Of a DNA stretch of 64,000 nucleotides, positions 54,700-64,000 are shown one piece after another; within the stretch, counting starts at the first letter, position 1; each line of letters begins with the position of its first letter. A program made the translations under genes and the position numbers. The DNA is from Convolutriloba macropyga. Its lineage: Eukaryota. The notes beneath the pieces are model-generated. The model saw only the letters and a program-made list of their open reading frames with translations. It ran no database searches and had not been told where the DNA came from. The stretch spans positions 61,380,001 to 61,444,000 of the forward strand of contig NC_134471.1 in NCBI RefSeq assembly GCF_964194025.1, in the 5' to 3' direction.

Positions 54700-56900
54700 T
54701 ATTCACACATATAAACTCAAATGAGCATAATATTTCACGTAGTAAGAACACTTAAATCAACGAAAAATAAATTGTACTCAAAAGAAAGAACTGAGAAATG
54801 AATGACTAGTATCACAATGCTCCAAACAATTATCATTGTTAAGACTTCTGTTGACAAAATGCAAGGTTTAAAAAAGTCAATTTGACTTTGAGAATGACAT
54901 TGGTTAACTCTTTTCATTTACGTCATTGAAATGTCTCAGTGAAAAAAGGAAAGGAACTTTGATCACAAATGAACCTGAAAGGCATAATTTTGGTAAACAT
55001 AAATAGCTACATTTAGTAAATTAATTTCCCTCTCCGCTGTAATGTTGGTTGGCATCATTGAAACCAGCAGAGGCTGTGTGCGAGCCAGTATTTCGTTTCC
55101 TTTTTATTTAAAGAGATATTGGTATTTTTATTGGAATTTTTGACAGAAAAATGCTGATTTTGCTTGAGTTTTATGAAACTTTCTATTTAAAAAATAGGCC
55201 CAAGTGACTTGAGAGTAATCTTTTGAATGATATGGGCTGTTAACAAATGTGATAAAACAAAGACTAATTTGCTGAAAAGCAAAATCGATTCAAACATTTA
55301 CATAAAAGGTCTTTCAAAATAATCACAGAAGTTGCATGTAGTATAGATATTGTGTAAACATGAGTGTTTTGAAGGCGGCTGTTAATGTAAAGAAAATTAT
55401 CTCAGGAAGCGCTGATAAAATCCGAAACTTATTAATCATTTTTCCAGGTTTTGTATTTGAGAAAAAAACGAATATCTAGTGCCACTGGAAAGGACTTGGG
55501 TCTGATTTCGTTGTCGCCCGTAGCGCAATGTGTTCTGAATTTGAGGTCCAGTCTTACTCTGGTTGATTGGTTTAAGTATATTTGTTTTAGATGATTGGTG
55601 AACATATGTCTGTTGTGATGTTGATTGTTTTCTGGCTTCCTGCCGTTCTTGATTTTTTTGCTGAAGAAAACTTAAAACATTTGATGGTATTGATATTTTT
55701 GATGCCGCTAATTTTGCTCAGTTTGTTCATTTTGTGCTGTTTGTTGTTCATTCGTGTAAATATATCTCGAAGTTTTTTCTTCCGGAGTTTAGAATAAAGG
55801 TGGAGGACTCCTGAAGGGCTCGCATTCTGCCGTCCGTGATGAAGCATCTACATCAGGAGTTCCTTCGCGTGTAGGATGGACATGATTTTCAGGTAATTAT
55901 TTGGCTTGTTCTGCATGAACTTTTGTGGAAAAAAAGAGCAGTACTGCGATTTTTGGATAATATGTTTTTTACTTGTGAATCAAACAATTGCGGTTCTTTT
56001 ACTGCTTCTGCTATAAATGGACATTCTTCAAATTTTGATTTATTTTTGTTTTACATAAGTTCAAATGCAGTTTGTGGTTTAAATGGTTTTAAGCGTACTC
56101 TGTGTACAATTTGAGAAAAAATTTTGTATTCTTTCCGTATAAGATAGTTACTGTGCTTAAGACCTTTTCAATTCTAGCGACTCCAAACCATTTGCACTAA
56201 GATTTTCTTCATTTCATATTTTCATATTTACTTGGAATCTGTGGATGTATCAGCGAACAAATCGTCAAAGGTGCTGTACTACTGTCCTTTTAGTCATAAT
56301 AGTCGGATATTTATTAAGAGCTGCAAACAAGTTTTCCTTTGTTGTACCAGAAATGCTCATCATGTTAGAGTGTATGTCACTTATATAGTCCTACTTGCTA
56401 TAAAAACAGGGTAGTTTTTTGTAGTTGAAACGCAGGTCTTTTGGATTGATAGAAAGTCTGCCATGAAAGGTGAGAGACTGTGAACAGCTTCGAACTGTTT
56501 GAAAACTCTTGCTAAGTTGGAGAACTGCTAAGTCCACAAATTTATGCCAGTCGTGTTTTACCTGGTTTTCATAGATTCGCAAATCTCTTTTAGGAAGTCC
56601 GATATTTTTATCACGCTTCAAGTTTGCGTGGTTGATTTCGATTTTTTTTCTGCACATTCAGATTTTAGCGGTGAAATAAAAACTGAACCTTTATCTGTTA
56701 GTTTAATTAATATTAAGGTTGAACGTCTAAAGATCCGTTGCATTAGCATTTTGGCTACAATTTTTGCAGACGTCGAAGTATCAACTTGAGCAATCACACA
56801 TTTTGAAAATTATCTATTGCTGTGATGATGAATGAGTACCCTCCTAACTTTGGTAGCAGACCTACATTGTCAACTTGTAAAAGGTCACAAGGAAAACTGG
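54700..56900 (-). mobile_element. Decayed non-LTR retrotransposon RT region, possibly RLE-type (R2/NeSL/R4 group)
   Basis: Minus-strand motifs in order: TSAKIVAKMLMQRI (~56770; cf. YKIxAKILxxRL), LAVLQLSKSFQTV (~56520; cf. LDLSKAFDTV), TILYGKNTK (~56140; cf. LLYADD), then RH and FKPCIL...IIV (~54935-54830; cf. RHN and KPDLV of restriction-like endonuclease). Confidence 0.45.
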
Positions 56901-57298
56901 AACTGACTGGATTGAGTGAAATAGTTGAGGAATCATTTTTTTTGGGTGATTTTGCTCGTAAACAAGATAAAAATTATTGATGTAACAATTATAAACTCAT
57001 TAGGTCCTGGGAAGTAGTAATTATTTTTCAATTCAAGTACGTTTCTGCTCTTATTTAAACTTAGAAATGGGTTTTTTGTAGAGAAGTTTATCTGGTAGGT
57101 GTTTTAGTTCAACCAATTGATTGATAAAAAATTTTACCTGTATTTTTTTCAATTAAAAAGCGGCTAGATTGCTTGTGATGTTTCTGCAAGTCCTACGATG
57201 AAGACATAGGGTTTCATTTTGGTCATTGTCCAAAATATTGCCTCTAGTATATCAAAGTCTGTGTTTCCTCCTTTTCTAGTTTCAGCGGTATCAATTTT

Positions 57299-59862
57299 TC
57301 TGAGACATCAAAATATTGTAAAGGGTTTTGATATGAAATAACACTGATAGATGTTTTTGAGAAGGCTGTAAATAATTCAGTTATTATTGCCATCTCATTA
57401 TCAGTTTCTGCTATTATCATCAACGGGATTGACTGGAGCTTGCAATTAGTTAGTGTTGCCATTGAATTGTCTTGGGTGCAGAGCATGACATCTATTGAAC
57501 TTTTCTTCAAGTGTATTCTATCGGTTATCTTCAATTTGTGTTTTCGCTGACCTGTAAATGTGAATTCTGAAAGGTAATCTGCTGAAGCATTAAATTTATC
57601 TTGCATACAATTCAAAGTAGAAATAACAGACGAAACATGATAAAATGCATTCCAAACAGCCCCTGATAATTTTTTTTGGGCGAATTGAGTGTTATTTTTT
57701 ATCTGACGACACAAAAATTGTATTATTCAGACAGTCTTCCACATATATTGAGAACTTAAACTCTGCAGGTGGAAACAGATGAAAACCATTGCCGACTGAT
57801 GCAGAGGACTTTTTTAGCCTTTTTTGGTTGTTCGTGGTAATCCTCAATCAGATGAATGAAACCTGCAGCGTTGGAACTTTTTTAACCAAGCTAAAACTAT
57901 TTTTGTGTTCTTCAGTTAATAAAAGATTACTTATTTTTATGCAAAATTTTGAAAATTATCCTAGTTTGGTTGCCAGATCGAGTAGAATTTTTGAAAGTAC
58001 TGAACGAAGCCTCTCGTTGGTTTTTGTTTTGATTTTGTCATGCAAAATGGCTAAAGGTTTGATAATTTTTTCCCTGTTAAGGCATATGCCGTGTTCTGTG
58101 ATTGTATGACCTAAAAACTGTTTTCTCTTGGTAGCAAACTGACATTTTTTCTGTAGAGAATTTACATCCTGGTTTTGGACTGCAGAGAAAATTTGGCTCT
58201 AAGTTTTGTCGTAAAGTTGGATCCGTCTTTAGCTTTGTTTCCGATGTCAAATTAGACGAAGCATTTAACGCTTGCAATGCAGGACTGTAAATTCTTAACT
58301 GCGCAGGATTAAATGCAGTAGTTGATCCTAATTCTTGAGCAAGTCATTTGAATAAAATTGTTTTTTCGGCAAAATTGAACGCCCGAATTTTAACACTGAG
58401 TTATTCGTCCATCTTTATAAAAAAATTTGCATGGCTGCAATCCATTTTGTCAAATTGGCTGCTGCGCCAGTCATCGTTCGATCCTTAATTTTGTTATTAG
58501 TGTAATGATGTCTGCGTAAGTGATTTGTTCGACGGAGATTAAGATTTGTAGTTTACGAGAAGTTTTTTTGGGCGGATTTTATTGAGACATCAAAATATTG
58601 TAAAGGGTTTTGATATGAAATAACGCTGATAGATGTTTTTGAGAAGGCTGTAAATAATTCAGTTATTATTGCCATCTCATCATCAGCTTCTGCTATTATC
58701 ATCAACGGGATTGACTGGAGATCGCAATTAGTTAGTGTTGCCATTGAATTGTCTTGAGTGCAGAGCATGACATCTATTGAAATTTTCTTCAAGTGTATTC
58801 TATCGGTTATTTTCAATTTGTGTTTTCGCTGACCTGTAAATGTGAATTCTGAAAGGTAATCTGCTGAAGCATTAAATTTACCTTGCATGAAATTCAAAGT
58901 AGAAATGAAAGACGAAACATGATAAAATGCATTCCAAACAGCCTCTGATAATTTTTTTGGGCAAATTGAGTGTTATTTTTTATCTCACGACACAAAAATT
59001 GTATTATTCAGACAGACTTCCATATATATTGAGAACTTAAACTCTGCAGGTGGAAACAGATGAAAACCATTGTCGACTGATGCAGAGGACTTTTTATTAG
59101 CCTTTTTTGATTGTTCGTGGTAATCCTCAATCAGATGAATGAAACCTGCAGCGTTGGAACTTTTTTAACCAAGCTAAGACTATTTTTGTGTTCTTCAGTT
59201 AATAAAAATTACTTATTTTTATGCAAAATTTTGAAAATTATCCTAGTTTGGTTGCCAGATTGAGTGGAATTTTTGAAAGTGCTGAACGAAGCCTCTCGTT
59301 GGTTTTTGTTTTGATTTTGTCATGCAAAATTGCTAAAGGTTTGATAATTTTTTCCCTGTTTAGGCATATGCCGTGTTCTGTGATTTTATGACCTAAAAAT
59401 TGTTTTCTCTTGGTAGCAAAATGACATTTTTCTGAAGAGAATTTACATCCTGGTTTTTGACTGCAGAGAAAATTTGGCTCTAAGTTTTGTCATAAAGTTG
59501 GATCCGTCGTTAGCTTTGTTTCCGATGTCAAATTAGACGAAACATTTAACGCTTGCAATACAGGATTGTAAGTTCTTATCTGGGCAGGAGCTAAATGCAG
59601 TAGTTGATCTTAATTCTTGAGCAAGTATTTTGAATGCAATTGTTTTTTCGACAAAATTGAACGCCCGAATATTAACACTGAGTTATTCGTCCAACTTTAT
59701 AAAAAAAATTTGCATGGCTGCAATCCATTTTGCCAAATTGGCTGCTGCGTCAGTCATCGTTCGATCCTTAATTTTGTTATTAGTGTAATGATGTCTGCGT
59801 AAGTGAATTTTCGACGGAGATTAAGATTTGTAGTTTACGAGAATTTTTTTTGGGCGGATTTT
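57299..59862. repeat. Direct tandem duplication, 2 x ~1282 bp
   Basis: 'tgagacatcaaaatattgtaaaggg' at 57301 and 58583; both units end 'gtttacgagaa...tgggcggatttt' (58580, 59862); high identity throughout. Confidence 0.95.
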
Positions 59863-60953
59863 ATCGAGGAAAAGTTAAGAAAAAAATATTGTTGTTGTTG
59901 TTTTTTCACAATATTGCATGAATGCATGTTCCATTAGCAATTCATCTCTTGAGTGAATTGGAGTTGATGCATTTAGAGTGTATACTGGTGATGTATGTTC
60001 AGATATTAGCGTGATGGTACAATCTATGTTTTTTCCTAAATCTAACAAATGGCATGTAAAAATTGGATGATTTTTCACTGACCTTTTTTTGTTTTTTTGT
60101 TTTTCTTGCAGAATAAAAGTTGAATTGGATCAATTGAATTTCTCAAGAAATTTTTACAGTTTTTTGTCATGCGTCGGCTTTAGTTCTTATATTCTCATGA
60201 TTAATGGTATAGTTTTATGAATATTTTTCTGTGTTTCAGTGAGATCTGATCCATCTCACCAATTTTCAGGATTTGGAATTCATAATCAAGGGACTTTTGG
60301 TCCTGGTTTTTTCTTTGATTAATGAAGTAAGGTAGTCTGAAAGATATGCTGCTTGTTTGGAGCTCAGTTTTAGAAATTCAGCGTTTCGCGTTTGCGCTGA
60401 TAATATTGTTTTTGTTTTAACATCAAATTTGTTATTCAAGTAATTGTTTTTCAGAGCAAATAAGGCATGCTTTTTTATCACATAACAAATAGTCCAGTTT
60501 TTCATTCAAACAACACAAAGAGTTCTATTATTCCGATACGTTCATTGACACAGTCGTCACATTCCGTTTCTTCAGAGTCAATTGCTCCTTGTTTGATTCT
60601 AGTCAGGGTAATTGCGATTTGTGTAGATTATAGAAAATTTCTCTTCCCAGTTCAGTCTGACATACAGTCATTGAGGCCCAGCTTAAATCCTGGTAGGTGC
60701 AAAAGACCCCAATGTGGATGAATCCTAATTTTACTCTTTCGAGGAATGGATTTCGCAATAATGGTGAGTTCATGTGTTTTTTTGATCAAAAATGTCCCCC
60801 AAATCTTGAGACTGCTCTTTTTGTTCAATTGTAGGTGAAGTTTGGACCTCAATTTTTTGTTCATTAACGTCAGATGTAGTTTCAAATAGTCAACATTGCC
60901 TGCAACTGGGACGTGCGCAAACGCAATTGATCTTTCAATTTGTTTCTTAGGAC

Positions 60954-61072
60954 TCTAAAATCTTTCGTAGGAGAGCCAGAATTTGGTGTAAATTGTACCG
61001 TAATGTCACCAGTTGACGGAGTTATGCTTGCTATTTTTGCCATTGCAATGGTTGTTTCTGGTGCCGCAACAT
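60954..61072 (-). pseudogene. Orphan FN3-like half-domain exon candidate
   Basis: Acceptor aaataacag|at (phase 1); (D)VAAPETTIAMAKIASITPSTGDITVQFTPNSGSPTKDFRV resembles FN3 strands A-C; only a weak donor (gtccta), and no partner exon found. Confidence 0.4.
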
Positions 61073-61670
61073 CTGTTATTTGAGAATCGGTTTAAATCGA
61101 AAAAAAATTTTTATCACTGAAGATAAAAGTATTGAAAATCGAAAACGTCAAGATAGATGATTTCTAGGTTTTCAAAATATTTTTGTAGAATTTGAGCTCA
61201 AAATTAATGATGAATTGAACAATAATTACTTTTTGCACATTTGCACATTCAATAACAAACAATATATTCTAATTTGTATCGATGGCACAGAAAAGCCAGG
61301 AATTGCAGTGTTTTATGTTAGGGTTGTTTCTGCTGCCGCAACATCTGTTATTTGAGAATCGGTTTAAATCGCAATGGTTGTTTCTGCTGCCGCAACGTTT
61401 GTTTCTGCTGCCGCAACATCTGTTATTTGAGAATCGGTTTAAATCGAAAAAAAATTTTATCACTAAAGATAAAGGTATTGAAAATCGAAAACGTCAAGAT
61501 AGATGATTTCTAGGTTTTCGAAACATTTTTGTAGAATTTGAGCTCAAAATTAATGGTGAATTGAACGATAATTACTTTTTGCACATTTGCACATTCAATA
61601 ACAAACAATATATTCTAATTTGTATCAATGGCACAGAAAAGCCAGGAATTGCAGTGTTTTATGTTAGGGA
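61045..61670. repeat. Nested tandem duplication (~360 bp period with 20-50 bp sub-repeats)
   Basis: 61052-61321 is repeated at ~61399-61668; 'ttgtttctg(c/g)tgccgcaac' occurs 4 times (61052, 61324, 61378, 61399). Confidence 0.9.
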
Positions 61671-62913
61671 TAAATGAGTGAGTTGTATGGAAAAAACAAA
61701 TCAAAGCAGACATCAATTGCGGCTTGCAACAAACCATCTTGAAGAGTTGAAAGCATTATTTCGATTTAATTTTCTAACAGAATTTCTCTCAGATATTTGC
61801 GCAAAGATGATACCAGATGATACAAAAACACACAAACAAAAACACAGGTACGATTTGTATTATTGTCGAGTAAGTTTATTTGTTCATTTTTTGGTAAAAT
61901 TTATCGAGGGTTGAGTGACTTCTTTATATTTGAAATCGATTGGTCGACAGTGAAATTACCACGTCAGAAGTAAATTTTAATTGATAAAACAAATAAATTT
62001 TGTTAGAAGCAGAATCAATTGTGTATGAAAGTAATTGTTAACTTGTGAACTCAGTTTACAAAAAAATAGTTGTGAATAACCTCAGTAATGTTTAAAACGT
62101 ACGTCCATATTTATTTTAGTTAACCACTTTTTGTCAGCATCTTTCATTTAGGTTGTTCAAGACAAATATTTTCTATTCAACAACCATTAATACATTTAAA
62201 ATTAATGTCTTCGGGTGTCCTGTTGACTTACAGGGTGTCTTAGTTGTTTCAACCAAATGCCTCTTTAAAACAATCTGCACTACAACTTTCATCAGCTCTC
62301 TTGTCTTCCTTTTTCCTTTTTTTCAAGTGAGAAGTCATTAAAAAATTTTATCCAATCATTTCAGTAAATACTATTAGTTGAGAATTACAAGAAATATTTT
62401 CGACTGATTTTGTTCGGTAAATATTGTCCATGACAAAAACCCAGATTTTTGATGTTGGGTGATTCGAGGTTGAATTTATTGGCAGTATAGTGTTAAATTA
62501 TCAAATTAAAAAACTGTACAAAAGAAATTGAATTGAAATTAAGGAGTCTAAGCAAATTAATTTTCAATGTGTTGTATGAAAAGGTATAAAAATCGCGTCT
62601 TGACTCTCAACATTGTTTCCAAAGAGACTCATACTTATTTTATTGTCATACTTATTTTGTGAATAGTATGTTTACAGGACTCAACAACTGAAAAGCAACC
62701 CTAAGTTTTGCACATTTCAAGATTTTTCACCAAACTTGAAGCGTTGGTTATAGGTGGAAGATTTTGGCGAGCTATCTTTAAAACCGAAAACAGTTTGTTT
62801 TACTCTCAGGTTTGACTTGAAAGTAAAACTTAAACAGGACGTTTAGAATAGTAAAAAATCATGCAGTTTTTGGGACGTTTTAAACTTGCAATACCAGATA
62901 TAAATCCAGGTTT

Positions 62914-63930
62914 GAGACAACAGATATTCCTCCGCTTTCAATCTATCATGAGTTTCATTATCATCTTTCACTATTTCCCAATTGTTTCCCAAGCACCAAT
63001 TTTGGAAAGTACCATTTGAAACATTCGGATATCTCGTAAAATACCCGCTCAAAAAATTAATCCTTCAAAATAGTGATTTAAGAAGAACATAAAAGTTTGT
63101 GAGCAAATTTTTGAACCTAATTAAAAGAAAAACTTCGAAAAACATTGATTAACTCTCGAAAGCTACCCTAATAAAACCAAAGTTTGACGTAATACCGAGA
63201 CATTGGAATCTAGTGCTACTTCTTTTTTTACTAGATTGAATCTTAATACATTAAAATGTGATATAATATCATCAACAGTTATTTTTCACTTTACTTTTCT
63301 TGTAGAAAAGATACTTCATTACAGTGAAAAAATTTCTTTTGTACGTTAACGCTGCTGCAACCAGCTTCGTCATTTTCTCAGCTAACGGCAAATCAAACTG
63401 TGAGCTATTAGGTTACGTTGACGATAACAAATTTATTTTATCGAACTGAAGTGGACCAATCGACAATAAGACTCAATTGAGTTTTGGCGAAAACCAGAGT
63501 GAAACTGCAGGGAAATTAAAAATTGCCACTACAAGTGAAATTTAATGAAACAGAAATTGGGGTAACACTTAATGATTGAAATTTAAAATCACAACTGACC
63601 AGAAAGACTCTCAAAAACTGAGTCGACTAACTTGAACTCGACGCCAAATGATTAAAAAAGCAGTGTAACAGAGCTTTGACATTCTAAAAAGCTACTCTAA
63701 CTTAGTAACTGCCAAGATGAAACAATATAAACAGGGGTTTGTGGTCCCTATATTCTTTGACCATTTACGCTTCCCAGGTTCGATTTGCAAATGAAGCGGG
63801 AACAAAATGCATAGAACAGTAACATGAGCGTGCATTTTCTTGGACTCCTAACACCTCCAATGCCGGATTTAAAACCAATCTTGAGACAACAGATATTCTT
63901 CCGCTTTCAATCTATAATAAGTTTCACCAG
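62914..63930. repeat. Short diverged direct repeat pair
   Basis: 'gagacaacagatattc(c/t)tccgctttcaatctat' at ~62914 and ~63883, with weaker similarity continuing to the right. Confidence 0.6.
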
Positions 63931-64000
63931 CTTCCACTTTTCGAAACAGCAACTTCTAAAAGTACAATATAAAACATCCTGATAGCTCTGACTCAACGGG

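Noticed and set aside
54397-54751. ORFs spanning X runs
   Set aside because: Artefacts of the 200-N gap.
56230-56800. Penelope-like RT (YFDV, SLSPFMADF, STFDDLF)
   Set aside because: An alternative reading of the same decayed region. LINE-type motifs (KIVAKML, LSKSFQTV) fit in a more consistent order, but the assignment needs an HMM search.
61320-61445. CRISPR-like short direct repeats
   Set aside because: The intervening sequences are themselves duplicated rather than unique spacers; nested tandem duplication explains them.
1-64000. tRNA/rRNA genes, intact LTR pairs, or an intact autonomous transposon
   Set aside because: None was recognisable by eye; tRNAscan-SE, Infernal and LTR finders would be needed to exclude them formally.

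Overview
AT-rich, intron- and repeat-rich eukaryotic (animal-like) DNA with one 200-N scaffold gap; it is not prokaryotic, and almost all ORFs in the supplied track are spurious. The only well-supported gene is on the minus strand and encodes a secreted or cell-surface protein with fibronectin type III (FN3)-like domains. Four exons (43333-43393 signal peptide, 35671-35973, 31260-31568, 18450-18589) have canonical GT-AG sites and matching phases, splice into 271 uninterrupted codons, and the gene apparently continues off the left edge. Its introns and flanks are filled with transposon debris. (i) At 1-13.6 kb, a modular tandem array built from a decayed Ty3/Gypsy gag-pol plus an antisense LINE fragment, followed by the rest of pol (integrase) to about 15 kb. 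(ii) A family of non-autonomous Helentron elements (HINE/DINE-1-like): three copies with both termini and a ~10 kb tandem array with six 5' ends and one 3' end. (iii) Decayed PIF/Harbinger, non-LTR retrotransposon and MITE-like remnants, plus further 0.3-1.4 kb tandem duplications. I found no convincing novel multi-gene system. The most interesting observations are the TE-derived tandem arrays inside the FN3 gene's introns, with the Gypsy array antisense to host transcription. All protein-family calls come from manual translation and motif recognition, not database searches.
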